A DNA stretch of 63,969 nucleotides, filler included, from Octopus bimaculoides (lineage: Eukaryota): NCBI RefSeq assembly GCF_001194135.2. It is 7 parts of 7 records of this genome, joined end to end, with 100 filler letters (N's around TTAATTAATTAA, not from the genome) between each part and the next. Parts side by side here need not be neighbours in the genome. Positions count along the whole stretch, not along the records: positions 26,853 to 51,547 come from NC_068986.1; 6 more parts are not named here. One strand, written 5' to 3'. Below the pieces are notes generated by a model. It searched no databases. It worked only from the letters and a program-made list of their open reading frames with translations, and was not told the DNA's origin. The translations under genes were made by a program, and so were the position numbers. Numbering within the stretch: the first letter of the stretch is position 1; every line of letters starts with the position of its first letter. Of this stretch, positions 38,177-51,084 are shown piece by piece.

Positions 38177-40429
38177 GGTGGTGGTGGTAGTAGTAGTGTA
38201 TATGTGTGTGCGTGTTGTGTGCATTTTGGTGGCTTGTTGTTGTTGTGGTGGTGGTGGTGGTAATAACTGAGTGGTGGTGGTGGTGGTAATAACTGAGTGG
38301 TGGTGGTGCTTGTAGTGGTGCGTGTGTAGGTAGTGGTGATGATGATGATGATGGAGAAGGAGAAGAAGAAGAAGAAGAAGAAGAAGAAGAAGAAGAAGAA
38401 NNNNNNNNNNNNNNNNNNNNNNNNNNNNNNNNNNNNNNNNNNNNNNNNNNNNNNNNNNNNNNNNNNNNNNNNNNNNNNNNNNNNNNNNNNNNNNNNNNNN
38501 NNNNNNNNNNNNNNNNNNNNNNNNNNNNNNNNNNNNNNNNNNNNNNNNNNNNNNNNNNNNNNNNNNNNNNNNNNNNNNNNNNNNNNNNNNNNNNNNNNNN
38601 NNNNAGAAGACGACGAAGAAGAAGACGACGACGAAGAAGAAGAAGAAGAAGAAGAAGAAGAAGAAGAAGAAGAAGAAGAAGAAGAAGAAGACGACGACGA
38701 CGAAGAAGAAGAAGAAGAAGAAGAAGAAGAAGAAGAAGAAGAAGAAGAAGAAGAAGAAGAAGAAGAAGAAGAAGAAGAAAGAAGTCAGCCTAGATTGATT
38801 TGTTATTTGTATACTATGATGGATTAAATGACTTCTGAGTGATGATCGTTTTTGTTGTTGCTGTTTAACTCCTAAAATAGAGAGGCACTATATCAAAGGC
38901 GTTCCAGCCATGACCATACTAATATATTAGTTAGTATCTAGGTCTTTGTTGAATAACGTCGCTGAACGCCGCGAAATTTTGCTTGTTATTTCTAGTAGGT
39001 CGATCGAACCAAAGGGTTTCTCATTGGTTCAGCTTTTACATGGATAAAACTGGAAAGCAGTTATGTAGGTTATCCTAGATGTGGATTAGCTTATTTTAAG
39101 AAATAGAATAGACTTTGAGGTCGAATCCAGCAGTCTTCTGAGGTGTGTCTTCGGGACAGTTTGAAACTTAGCATTCTACCGTGATTTAGTTCACAAAATT
39201 CACGGTTTCCCTCTCAATTGGTCTCTCACTGTGAATCATTTTTGATTTAATGAATATTTTCATAGACCTCTTGAGCATAAAATCAATGAATTAAACTAAG
39301 CGTTTGGCCGGACAATTTCCAGTTAAACGTCAAATAAGGTAAAAAGAAGCAAAAGCATGAATGCAAAGTGAACATTGGTAAGTAGCAAGAGGCATAAAAG
39401 CCTGGCAGAGGGATCGTGTCTGTAGTTCAAAGGCTTAGTATCGATGCACTTATGCCAGGCTGTTTATGGCCGAGAATTGAATTACGTTTAAGGGTTCACA
39501 TGCCTCTGGAATACTCAACGNNNNNNNNNNNNNNNNNNNNNNNNNNNNNNNNNNNNNNNNNNNNNNNNNNNNNNNNNNNNNNNNNNNNNNNNNNNNNNNN
39601 NNNNNNNNNNNNNNNNNNNNNNNNNNNNNNNNNNNNNNNNNNNNNNNNNNNNNNNNNNNNNNNNNNNNNNNNNNNNNNNNNNNNNNNNNNNNNNNNNNNN
39701 NNNNNNNNNNNNNNNNNNNNNNNNNNNNNNNNNNNNNNNNNNNNNNNNNNNNNNNNNNNNNNNNNNNNNNNNNNNNNGGTGGATGTGGTGGTGGTGGTAA
39801 TAAATGATCATGATGAACACGAATGAAAAGAGTTGTTCAGTTGATCGAACCACTGGATGCTCATGCGTCGAAATCAACATCAATGTCTGCTCCATCATCA
39901 TGTAAGCAGGTTGGTTAATTGGTGGCTATGTAGGTAGGTAGGTAGGTAGGTAGATAAGTAAGTAGGTAGGTAGATATATACGCTGGTTGGTAAATTGGTA
40001 AATTGGTAAACTGGCATTATATACAGGTAGTTTGTGGTCATGTTGATTGTTGTTGTTGTTTAGCCTCAGATTAAATCTGATTCAGCAAATCTAGAGCCAA
40101 ATGTGCTCCTGCATGACCATTCCATCTTTTTGCATATAAGAGTCTAATAGAGATTACGCTATTGAAGACCTGTTATATCGCACGTTCGGATGACCTCTAC
40201 TAAACTACCTCGACGTCTAGACTTCTCCCTCTATATCTACGTATTGGGGTAGCCTACTTCATCGTCTGAGGGCGTCGTCACAACAAGACAATAGAGTTTA
40301 CTTTGAGGAAAACTGTGCTATTCTTTCTAGCAAATCGGGCTTCACCGTATTAGTTTCATAGATGCCTCAGTGTTTAGATAGTTAGATGATTTAATTTAGA
40401 GATAGGGAGTTTCCTGTTGCATAGCGTAA

Positions 40430-41045
40430 GTATATAGTGGTGGATACATGTGGAACATGCAGGTTAGATATACAGGCGAGATATATTTAATGTATAGGTG
40501 ACGCCTACAATTGGAAGATGCATATGTGATATACCGATGGGGTACGTAAGTGAGATATACAGGGGGAAATCTAGGTGCGATATAGTGGTGGAACATACAG
40601 GAAAGACATAGGTGGGACGAAAAGGTGAGACACACACGTGAGACATACAAGTAGAAAATACATGTTGGATATAGGGTGTGAAATAGCGTGTGTGGGACAC
40701 GCGCGTGGGTCATACAAATAGTGTATAAAAGTAGGACATACAGGTGAAACGTATAGGTGAGCATATTGTGGGTTATACAGGAGAGACAAACAATTAAGAA
40801 ATATCAATGCAACATACAAGTGGATGATACAGGTGACACAAGCACGTGGGATATATAAATGAGCTATACAGGTAGCAAATAATGTTGGACATAAGATGTA
40901 AAATACAGGTGGGACACGTGCGGAGCATACAAATAGTACATAAAAGTAGGATATACAGGTGGGGCATTCGGAATATAATACGGATGAACTATACGGGGCA
41001 AATACAGGTGAGACATTTATGTGTAATATACAGATGTGTGTACAA
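40430..41045. repeat. Cryptic degenerate minisatellite, period about 13 nt (GTGGGACATACAG)
   Basis: Recurrent ATACAGGTG anchors and an internal duplication of about 54 nt (40692-40746 vs 40909-40961). Confidence 0.75.
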
Positions 41046-41357
41046 GTGTGACGGTAATGATTATATTGCTGTTTAAGCATCAAATTAGCAGTGATAGAGC
41101 CGACTAAAACATTCTTGTCTCTCTTTATTCAACGTATATTTCCCTTATAAGAATGTATGGTGGTGATTTGGTTCTTATTCCTAGCAGATCAAATAACTAC
41201 GTAGAAGCTCCCTCATCGGTTTGCTGCAATGGGAGTTGTTGTTGTTGTCGAGGATGATGTCGATGCATTTACTATTGTGGTTGCTGTTGCTGTGGTTGTT
41301 AACAGGTGTGCATAATCATGCGGCCAAATATGCCTCCCTCAATTTATATTTTCTGGA

Positions 41358-41780
41358 AGGTGGTGAGCTGGCAGAAACGGTAGCACGCTGGGCGAAATGC
41401 TTAGCGGTATTTCGTCTGCCGCTACGTTCTGAGTTCAAATTCCGCCGAGGTCGACTTTGTTTTTCATCCTTTCGGGGTCGATTAAATAAGTACCAGTTAC
41501 GCACAGGGGTCAATATAATCGACTTAATCCCTTTGTTTGTCCCCTCTATGTTTAGCCCCTTGTGGGCAATAAAGAACTAAGAAACGTTAGCATGCTTGGT
41601 GAAATGCTTAGTAGTATTTCGTTTGTCTTTACGTTCTGAGTTCAAATTCCGCCGAGATCGTCTTTGCCTTTCATCCTTTCGGGGTCGATAAATTAAGTAC
41701 CAGTTGTGTACTGGGATCGATCTAATCTACTGCTCCCCCCACCACAAAAAATTTCGGGCCTTGTGCCTAGAGTAGAAAAC
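41358..41780 (+). mobile_element. Complete dimeric SINE family B
   Basis: Left monomer to GCCCCTTGTGGGCAATAAAGAACTAA (41580), then GAAACGTTAGC starts the right monomer with the standard tail. Confidence 0.9.
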
Positions 41781-41822
41781 AATTGATATTTTCTGCCTTT
41801 AAAGAGAAAGAGCACATACAAT

Positions 41823-41996
41823 AAACTTGCACCATAATATCCACAAGAGTTTCAGACCCCACTTCTCCGATTTCTCTATTGATGTTCTCCTTCAGTTGCA
41901 CCAGGGTCTCCAGTTTGTTGACGTATACCCTCTCTTTCAGGTATCCCCACCAGAAAAAAAACCCGGGCAAGTGAAATCTGGGGAACGTGAAGGTCA
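41823..41996 (-). mobile_element. Inverted partial copy of mariner transposase
   Basis: SRSPD..FFWWGYLKERVYVNKLETLVQLKENINREI. Confidence 0.9.
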
Positions 41997-42511
41997 TTCA
42001 AAGTAGACCTCATACATGGTTCCACCAAAATGGAGCAACTACTCATACGTCAAGAGAAACAATGCAGTTGTTACGGCAGTTCTTTGGAGAGAGAATAATC
42101 TCCCGCTACGGCAATGTCAACTGGCCTTCACGTTCCCCAGACTTGATTAGCCCGGATTTTTTTGTTGTTGTTGTGGGGATACCTGAAAGAGAGGTTTTAC
42201 GTCAAGAAACAGGAGACCCTGGTGCAACTGAGGGAGAACATCAGTAGAGAAATCAGAGAAGTGGGGTCTGAAACTTTTGGGGTGTAATGGTGCAAGTTTG
42301 GGAAAGAGTACAGACGTATGAAGCCGATAATGGCTGCCAATTAAGTGATGTCATTTTTCATATGTGATGTAGTGGTGTTGCAAAATTTGACTAGTGCATA
42401 TTAATTTCCATTATGTCCTTTATACTGTATCAAAATTTCATGTATTTATTCCTAAAGTTAAGAAAGTTATTAAAAAATAAAACCCGTCAGTGACTTTTGG
42501 GACATGCTGTA
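41997..42511 (+). mobile_element. Tc1/mariner transposase 3' half plus decayed 3' TIR and TA
   Basis: WFHQNGATTHTSRETMQLLRQFFGERIISRYGNVNWPSRSPDL..WGYLKE; ends CTTTTGGGACATGCTG-TA. Confidence 0.9.
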
Positions 42512-42854
42512 GGCAAGTCTAAAGAGGCATGGTCGTCATAGCCGGAACGACTTTGATCAGAGTTGATCAAAGGTCAAACCATCAACAATACCGTCTACTC
42601 GATCTGACAGAAATAACAGCTATCTCTTTCACAAATCACACCCCGTAAACCTTTTTAAAGAAAGGCACAAAAAAAAAAGACAAAGAAGAAATAGATGTTT
42701 GGTCAGGGCTGATCTGGGGATTGAACTACAATATGGACTATAACAGAATCAACACCATCATCATCATCATCAGCAGCAGCAGCAGCAGCGGCAGTATGAT
42801 CTACGTTATCATTACTCCCATTAATTACTATTACATCGACATCATCGCCACCAC

Positions 42855-42892
<38 letters not shown>

Positions 42893-43080
42893 ACATCATC
42901 ATCATCATCATCATCATAGTCACCACTACGACTACCACCATGATGACGATGATGATGATGATGACTATGATGATCAACTATGACCCATCAGGGAGAACTC
43001 TACATGATCACGCGGCCTGTTTCAAATGGCAACCGAAATATCTTCCTTAAATCACGGTTTACAGTCTTTAAAATTTTAAA

Positions 43081-43129
<49 letters not shown>

Positions 43130-43978
43130 NNNNNNNNNNNNNNNNNNNNNNNNNNNNNNNNNNNNNNNNNNNNNNNNNNNNNNNNNNNNNNNNNNNNNNN
43201 NNNNNNNNNNNNNNNNNNNNNNNNNNNNNNNNNNNNNNNNNNNNNNNNNNNNNNNNNNNNNNNNNNNNNNNNNNNNNNNNNNNNNNNNNNNNNNNNNNNN
43301 NNNNNNNNNNNNNNNNNNNNNNNNNNNNNNNNNNNNNNNNNNNNNNNNNNNNNNNNNNNNNNNNNNNNNNNNNNNNNNNNNNNNNNNNNNNNNNNNNNNN
43401 NNNNNNNNNNNNNNNNNNNNNNNNNNNNNNNNNNNNNNNNNNNNNNNNNNNNNNNNNNNNNNNNNNNNNNNNNNNNNNNNNNNNNNNNNNNNNNNNNNNN
43501 NNNNNNNNNNNNNNNNNNNNNNNNNNNNNNNNNNNNNNNNNNNNNNNNNNNNNNNNNNNNNNNNNNNNNNNNNNNNNNNNNNNNNNNNNNNNNNNNNNNN
43601 NNNNNNNNNNNNNNNNNNNNNNNNNNNNNNNNNNNNNNNNNNNNNNNNNNNNNNNNNNNNNNNNNNNNNNNNNNNNNNNNNNNNNNNNNNNNNNNNNNNN
43701 NNNNNNNNNNNNNNNNNNNNNNNNNNNNNNNNNNNNNNNNNNNNNNNNNNNNNNNNNNNNNNNNNNNNNNNNNNNNNNNNNNNNNNNNNNNNNNNNNNNN
43801 NNNNNNNNNNNNNNNNNNNNNNNNNNNNNNNNNNNNNNNNNNNNNNNNNNNNNNNNNNNNNNNNNNNNNNNNNNNNNNNNNNNNNNNNNNNNNNNNNNNN
43901 NNNNNNNNNNNNNNNNNNNNNNNNNNNNNNNNNNNNNNNNNNNNNNNNNNNNNNNNNNNNNNNNNNNNNNNNNNNNNN

Positions 43979-44014
<36 letters not shown>

Positions 44015-44125
44015 CCACCATCATCGTCATCATCATCATCATCACCATCATCATCATCACCACCATCATCGTCATCATCATCATCATCATCATCATCACC
44101 ACCATCATCGTCATCATCATCATCG

Positions 44126-44164
<39 letters not shown>

Positions 44165-44419
44165 CCACCATCATCGTCATCATCACCATGATCATCGCCA
44201 CCATCATCATCACCACCATCATCGTCATCATCATCATCATCATCATCACCACCATCATCATCATCATCACCACCATCATCGTCATCATCATCATCATCAT
44301 CACCACCATCGTCATCAACATCATCATCACCATCATCATCATCACCACCATCATCATCATCATCACCACCATCGTCATCATCATCACCACCATCATCATC
44401 ATCATCACCACCATCATCG

Positions 44420-44478
<59 letters not shown>

Positions 44479-44698
44479 GCCGTCGTCATCAGCATCATCA
44501 TTTACCACAGTGAAACATTCAAAAATCTCAACCACCACAACTATAACAACAACAACAACAACAGCAGCAACAACAACAGAAGCCATGCGATCATATGACT
44601 TGTAAAAACAACTTCGGAGAAACGGAAAATATTTGGGTGGGATTTCAAATACATTTTCATACAATTATTTACTTATTTACATCTTCACTTCGACACAC

Positions 44699-44814
<116 letters not shown>

Positions 44815-44990
44815 GTATATATGGATTTGTACGATATGTGCGTATGCATATGTGTGTATTCGTGTATTTGTTCGTGTGTGTGCGTGCATATAGATAGATA
44901 TATGTGTATATGCGTGTATGCACAGGAATATGTCTCTCAAGATATGTGTATGTGTGTGTGTGTGTGTGTGTATACACATTCTTAAAAATG

Positions 44991-45048
<58 letters not shown>

Positions 45049-45278
45049 CTATGCACATACATATGCATGCACTTGTATGTATATATACAGATGAATATAT
45101 ATATATGCATACAGACAGACAGACAGACATAAACGCAAGCACAAACACAAACATCATATACACACACAACATATGTATGTGTATATGATGTTTGATATTT
45201 ATGCATATTTACATATGTCTGCGTGTGTAGGTTGGCGGGTGAGAGAGAAATCTAGTCTGTATATATATTTACGTGAAT

Positions 45279-45315
<37 letters not shown>

Positions 45316-46234
45316 AACATCCACACACATATGTATATGTATAAAGACATACATATATATATTATATTAAATACATACATATATATATATATAAATGTAT
45401 ATATATATTGTACATTTATATATTTGTGTATATATGGAACACAAACAGAAAAACAAAGTGTCATTATGGAATGTCATATATAATTAATGTGGAAAATGCT
45501 TTTCACTTACACACACACACATACACACACACAGAAATATTTCCCTGTTTGTGTATATGTTTGTGTGTGAACATGTGTCTGTCTCTGTTCTTCAATACAT
45601 ATATATGTATATATATATATATATATATATACGTATGTGTAGTAATACCTTCTGTTTGTGTCACACACAAACACACACAAATACATATATAAATATATAT
45701 ATATATAATGTCATATGTTTATGTATGTGTGTTTTCTGCCCGAAACTTTCAGACTAAAAGGTCGAAAACTAATCCGCAACCCAGTTAACATTTAATATAC
45801 GCCTGTCCTGTTTCAAGTTCCGAAAGTACAGCGACGTATTTTCAGGCTAATATTCGGCCAAAAACAAGGACATCCATGTCCGGTACGTAAATTCATTGAC
45901 TTTGCCTGTCTCTGCTGTTTTATGATCAATCAGACCTCTGCTGCTGCTGTTGTGTTGCTGTGTTGCTGCTGCTGCTGTAATTACTCGTTATAAGGTTATC
46001 ATCGGTTCCTTTCTCTTATCTCGTCTCCTTCCACTACCTCCACCAATCCCTGTCTACCAACCCACCCTCTTCAACTATATCTACTAGTGTATATTGGAAA
46101 TCAAAGACTGAGACTCGAGTTCGATTCTTGATTGGAGCATATATATGTATTTTAACTTACATCGATGATAGCCCTGATTATTTTGCCTTTTTTGATATAT
46201 ATATTTTAGGTTGTGTGTATATGTATGTGCAATG

Positions 46235-46430
46235 AAGGTAGCGAACTGGTAGAATCGTTGGCGCGTCGGACAAAATGCTTAGCAACTCTTCTTCTAGCTC
46301 TTTACATTTTGAGTTCAAATCCCTTGAGTCCAACTTTGCCTTTCATTCCTTCGAAGGTGACTAAAATAAAGGACCAGTCAAGAAGGGATCAATATAATCT
46401 ACTTGCTTCCTGTCCTCAAAACTTACTGGT
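46235..46430 (+). mobile_element. SINE family B monomer, diverged
   Basis: GGTAGCGAACTGGTAGAATCGTT..GAGTTCAAAT..GCCTTTCATTCCTTCG. Confidence 0.7.
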
Positions 46431-46555
46431 CAGAACCCTGCAACGAACCAATATCCTCCTTAAGGGGACTTCATTTATATGCTATGGATCATTTATATGC
46501 TATGGAAACCGGGTAACCTGTTTTACGAATCCTAGGGTTAATTTATTTTTTAATA

Positions 46556-46716
46556 GGTGCAGGAGTGGCTGTGTGGTAAGTAGCTTGCTTGCCAACCACG
46601 TGGTTCCAGGTTCAGTCCCATTGCGTGGCACTTTGACACGTGTCTTCTACTATAGCCTCGGGCCGACCAAACCCTTGTCAGTGGATTTGGTAGACGGAAA
46701 CTGAAAGAAGCCCGTC

Positions 46717-46770
<54 letters not shown>

Positions 46771-46970
46771 ATGTATTTGTGTGTCTGTGTTTGTCACCCC
46801 ACCATCGCTTGACATCCGATGTTGGTCTGTTCATGTCCGGTTCGGCAAAAGAGACGGATAGAATAAGCACTAGGCTTTCAAAGAATAAGTCCTGGGCTCG
46901 ATTTCTTCGACTAAAGGCGGTGCTCCAGCATGGCTGTAGTCAAATGACTGAAACAAATAAAATAAAAGAA
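46556..46970 (+). mobile_element. SINE family A, full length
   Basis: Head, CORE-like domain, internal (TG)n and complete tail. Confidence 0.92.
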
Positions 46971-47094
46971 TATGATTTGTAGTATTGGTTTTGAGCATTA
47001 AATTTTCTTGCTTTTTAACTCTTCGTTGACACACGACCTGCTAGAAATAGAAGCCATATCACACCTTCAAAATCATGCCATATTATATTTAAAT

Positions 47095-47275
47095 ACTGCG
47101 TTCAAATTTTGCACAAGACCATTTCCGGGTTGAGAGAGTAAGTAATTTATATCAAACCCAGCACTCAACTGCTACTTATTTTATCTGTGAAAGGCAAAGT
47201 CGACTTCGACGTAATTTGAACTCAGAGCGTAGAGACGGACGAAATGCTTTTAAACATCGTGACAGCTCGCCACTT
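47095..47275 (-). mobile_element. SINE family B monomer, diverged
   Basis: AAAGGCAAAGTCGACTTCGACGTAATTTGAACTCAGAGCG. Confidence 0.75.
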
Positions 47276-47431
47276 TTATAGTCTCTTAAAAATATTCAAA
47301 TGTAGTGCTAGATCCATTTATTCAAAATACATAACCAACAGGAGTTATATATGTATATCATATGCGTATATATATTATACATATTTTTATATTCATATAT
47401 TTATAAATATTCATATATATATATTTATATA

Positions 47432-47594
47432 TATATGTAAATATATAAAAACAAAAAGATAAAGAGAGCAAAGGTAAGGTTGAAGAATTTTATGGATGGA
47501 GTCTTACAGCTGTTTCTGGGAAGAATCTATCCATAAAATTCTTCAACCTTACCTTTGCTCTCTTTATTTTTTTGTTTTTATATATTTACATATA
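47432..47594. repeat. Near-perfect fold-back repeat (66-bp arms) enclosing half a hammerhead
   Basis: 47432-47497 vs 47529-47594 has 1 mismatch. The 31-nt spacer reads CCCA-GAAAC-AGCU-GUA-AGACUC on the minus strand. Confidence 0.95.
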
Positions 47595-48383
47595 CACACG
47601 CTAATACACGACTTATAATATCCAATCCTGTTCATACAACGACTGGGGCAAACTAATCGGTATACAGCACTTACTCGGTATTACCTGTATCCTCCGGGGT
47701 TTGGTTAAATCCAATACCCTCCTCAACCTTATATTCATATATTTATAAATATTCATATATATATATTTATATATATATGNNNNNNNNNNNNNNNNNNNNN
47801 NNNNNNNNNNNNNNNNNNNNNNNNNNNNNNNNNNNNNNNNNNNNNNNNNNNNNNNNNNNNNNNNNNNNNNNNNNNNNNNNNNNNNNNNNNNNNNNNNNNN
47901 NNNNNNNNNNNNNNNNNNNNNNNNNNNNNNNNNNNNNNNNNNNNNNNNNNNNNNNNNNNNNNNNNNNNNNNNNNNNNNNNNNNNNNNNNNNNNNNNNNNN
48001 NNNNNNNNNNNNNNNNNNNNNNNNNNNNNNNNNNNNNNNNNNNNNNNNNNNNNNNNNNNNNNNNNNNNNNNNNNNNNNNNNNNNNNNNNNNNNNNNNNNN
48101 NNNNNNNNNNNNNNNNNNNNNNNNNNNNNNNNNNNNNNNNNNNNNNNNNNNNNNNNNNNNNNNNNNNNNNNNNNNNNNNNNNNNNNNNNNNNNNNNNNNN
48201 NNNNNNNNNNNNNNNNNNNNNNNNNNNNNNNNNNNNNNNNNNNNNNNNNNNNNNNNNNNNNNNNNNNNNNNNNNNNNNNNNNTAAAATAAAAATGGATGG
48301 CACCATGAAAGAAAGTATTGAATGTAGATGAAATATTGAGTGTTCAATATAAAGGATCAAATATATAAATATAAATATATAAA

Positions 48384-48423
48384 GGCGACTCGAGTTTCAG
48401 GGCTATTTCCCTTCGTCATGGCC
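48384..48423 (-). ncRNA. Minimal type-I hammerhead ribozyme with a one-base core insertion
   Basis: GGC-C[A]UGACGA-AGGG-AAAUAG-CCCU-GAAAC-UCGA-GUC-GCC: all three stems, palindromic loop 3 and a GUC triplet. Confidence 0.8.
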
Positions 48424-48459
48424 GGTATGACAGACTTTAACAGACTGTATATATACATA

Positions 48460-48615
48460 AGTTACCTCCCCGTAATTTAGCGGTTCGGCGAAAAGAGATC
48501 GATAGAATAAGTACTAGGCTTCCAAAGATTAAGTCCTGGGGCCAATTTGCTCGACTAAAAAGGCGGTGCTCCAGCATGGCCGCAGTCAAATGACTGAAAA
48601 GAGTAAAAGAGTAAA
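48460..48615 (+). mobile_element. SINE family A tail
   Basis: CGGTTCGGCGAAAAGAG..GGCGGTGCTCCAGCATGGCCGCAGTCAAATGACTGAAA. Confidence 0.85.
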
Positions 48616-49056
48616 ATAATACAGTATTGTTTCTCCTTTGTGGATTTTCACCAAATCGCGAGGGGTTTTGGAACGTAACTCCCGCGATAGAGGAGGGATT
48701 ATTGTAGATGCAGAAAGAGTGCTTGGTGACAGGCAGTGAGTAAGAGAATGACACACTCAAAGTGAGAGAAAAAAGATCAAAGGAGGAGGAGGAGGAGGAT
48801 ATGGCAGAGAAGTTATATGTGAAAAGAAAGTTGTGGTTTGGTGTGTGGCAGACTAACGATTAAAAATAAAAATTGGATAGCATGCATAGAGAGAACATTA
48901 CTTAATATAGACATTTTGCGGGAAAACACATTTTCACTTTATTTCAAAGTTTATGTAAAAGTTTATTGTAAAAACAATTGAAAACAAAATTCCCCTCCAT
49001 GTTCATTTTTTCACAGAAGTTCACACACACTCAATATCTCTCTCTCTCTCTATCTA

Positions 49057-49432
<376 letters not shown>

Positions 49433-49992
49433 ATCTAACGCAATAAAATGAGAATTCTTAATTCGAAGAAATAAACATTACACTCATATTAAGCAACTGT
49501 ATGCATACTTTTGTCTACCCGTGTATAAAATATGTCATATAAAAATATGTTAATAAGAATTATTATAAGAAAAATATTAGGAAACTGGAGAAATGATCAG
49601 AAATTTCTCAAAAATTCTCTATTTAATGCTGTTAACATAATCGTTATGTACACCATAATCCGACAGGGTATGAAACTGTAGATATGTCATATACATACAT
49701 ACATACATACATACATACATACATACATACATACATACATACATACATGCATACATACATACATACATACATACATACATACATACATACATTCATGCAT
49801 ACATATATACATACATACATACATACATTCGTACGTACGCACGTACGGACAGACAGACAGACAGATAAGTTGATAGATAAATAGTGTGACAGACTAGATA
49901 GAGTGATAGATAGATAGTGTGACAGGCTAACGATTTTTAAAAATGGATAGCAAACATATAGAGAGTATTACTTAAAATAGACATTTTTATAT

Positions 49993-50053
<61 letters not shown>

Positions 50054-50562
50054 CTTGTCAANNNNNNNNNNNNNNNNNNNNNNNNNNNNNNNNNNNNNNN
50101 NNNNNNNNNNNNNNNNNNNNNNNNNNNNNNNNNNNNNNNNNNNNNNNNNNNNNNNNNNNNNNNNNNNNNNNNNNNNNNNNNNNNNNNNNNNNNNNNNNNN
50201 NNNNNNNNNNNNNNNNNNNNNNNNNNNNNNNNNNNNNNNNNNNNNNNNNNNNNNNNNNNNNNNNNNNNNNNNNNNNNNNNNNNNNNNNNNNNNNNNNNNN
50301 NNNNNNNNNNNNNNNNNNNNNNNNNNNNNNNNNNNNNNNNNNNNNNNNNNNNNNNNNNNNNNNNNNNNNNNNNNNNNNNNNNNNNNNNNNNNNNNNNNNN
50401 NNNNNNNNNNNNNNNNNNNNNNNNNNNNNNNNNNNNNNNNNNNNNNNNNNNNNNNNNNNNNNNNNNNNNNNNNNNNNNNNNNNNNNNNNNNNNNNNNNNN
50501 NNNNNNNNNNNNNNNNNNNNNNNNNNNNNNNNNNNNNNNNNNNNNNNNNNNNNNNTTCTAGT

Positions 50563-50688
50563 TCATAGGGTTATGCTCAAGGTGGCTCCGTTATTCACAC
50601 GTGCCATCCTTGCTACATCCACCCGTCTTTTTTTGAAGCATTCACTAGACAAGACTTCCCTTTCTACTCTCACCTTCCTCTTCAGGTG
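50563..50688 (-). mobile_element. Second Tx1-like ORF2 C-terminal fragment
   Basis: HLKRKVRVEREVLSSECFKKRRVDVARMARVNNGATLSITL*, homologous to 21740-21865. Confidence 0.85.
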
Positions 50689-50751
<63 letters not shown>

Positions 50752-50862
50752 CTTGTCAATAATATACAAATTTGATCTTGGGTTTTTGTAGACATTCATG
50801 GGGTTCCATACGTGTAGCGTAAATAATACCTGTGATTTCTAAGCTATTTTAAACTGACTTAC

Positions 50863-51020
50863 GTAATTACTGTTTTAAAGTATATTTTATCATCAATAAA
50901 ACACCACGCTTTAGAATGTTTGCTGTCATTCCGGGATTCCAGAATATCGTTTCCACGTCGTCCCACTGTAATAGTAAGATAAGCGACGACAGAAGAAGTA
51001 GGAGTGAGGGTGTCGTATGA
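50863..51020 (-). CDS. Best candidate internal exon, unknown product
   Basis: TCTTTTTCTTTTTCTTCAG acceptor and GTAAGT donor; 158 nt; only phase 0 is open throughout: SYDTLTPTSSVVAYLTITVGRRGNDILESRNDSKHSKAWCFIDDKIYFKTVI. Confidence 0.45.
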
Positions 51021-51084
51021 CTGAAGAAAAAGAAAAAGAATGACTTTAAGAGCAGACGATAACCTCTTTTATCCTCGCTTAGTT

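Noticed and set aside
40396-41083. 122-aa and 170-aa minus ORFs with YVSP-like repeats
   Set aside because: Explained by a 13-nt-period minisatellite that happens to lack stops on that strand.
46070-46140. GAGTTCGATTCTTGATTGGAGCA, a tRNA-like 3' end
   Set aside because: No acceptor-stem partner, D arm or anticodon arm could be built.
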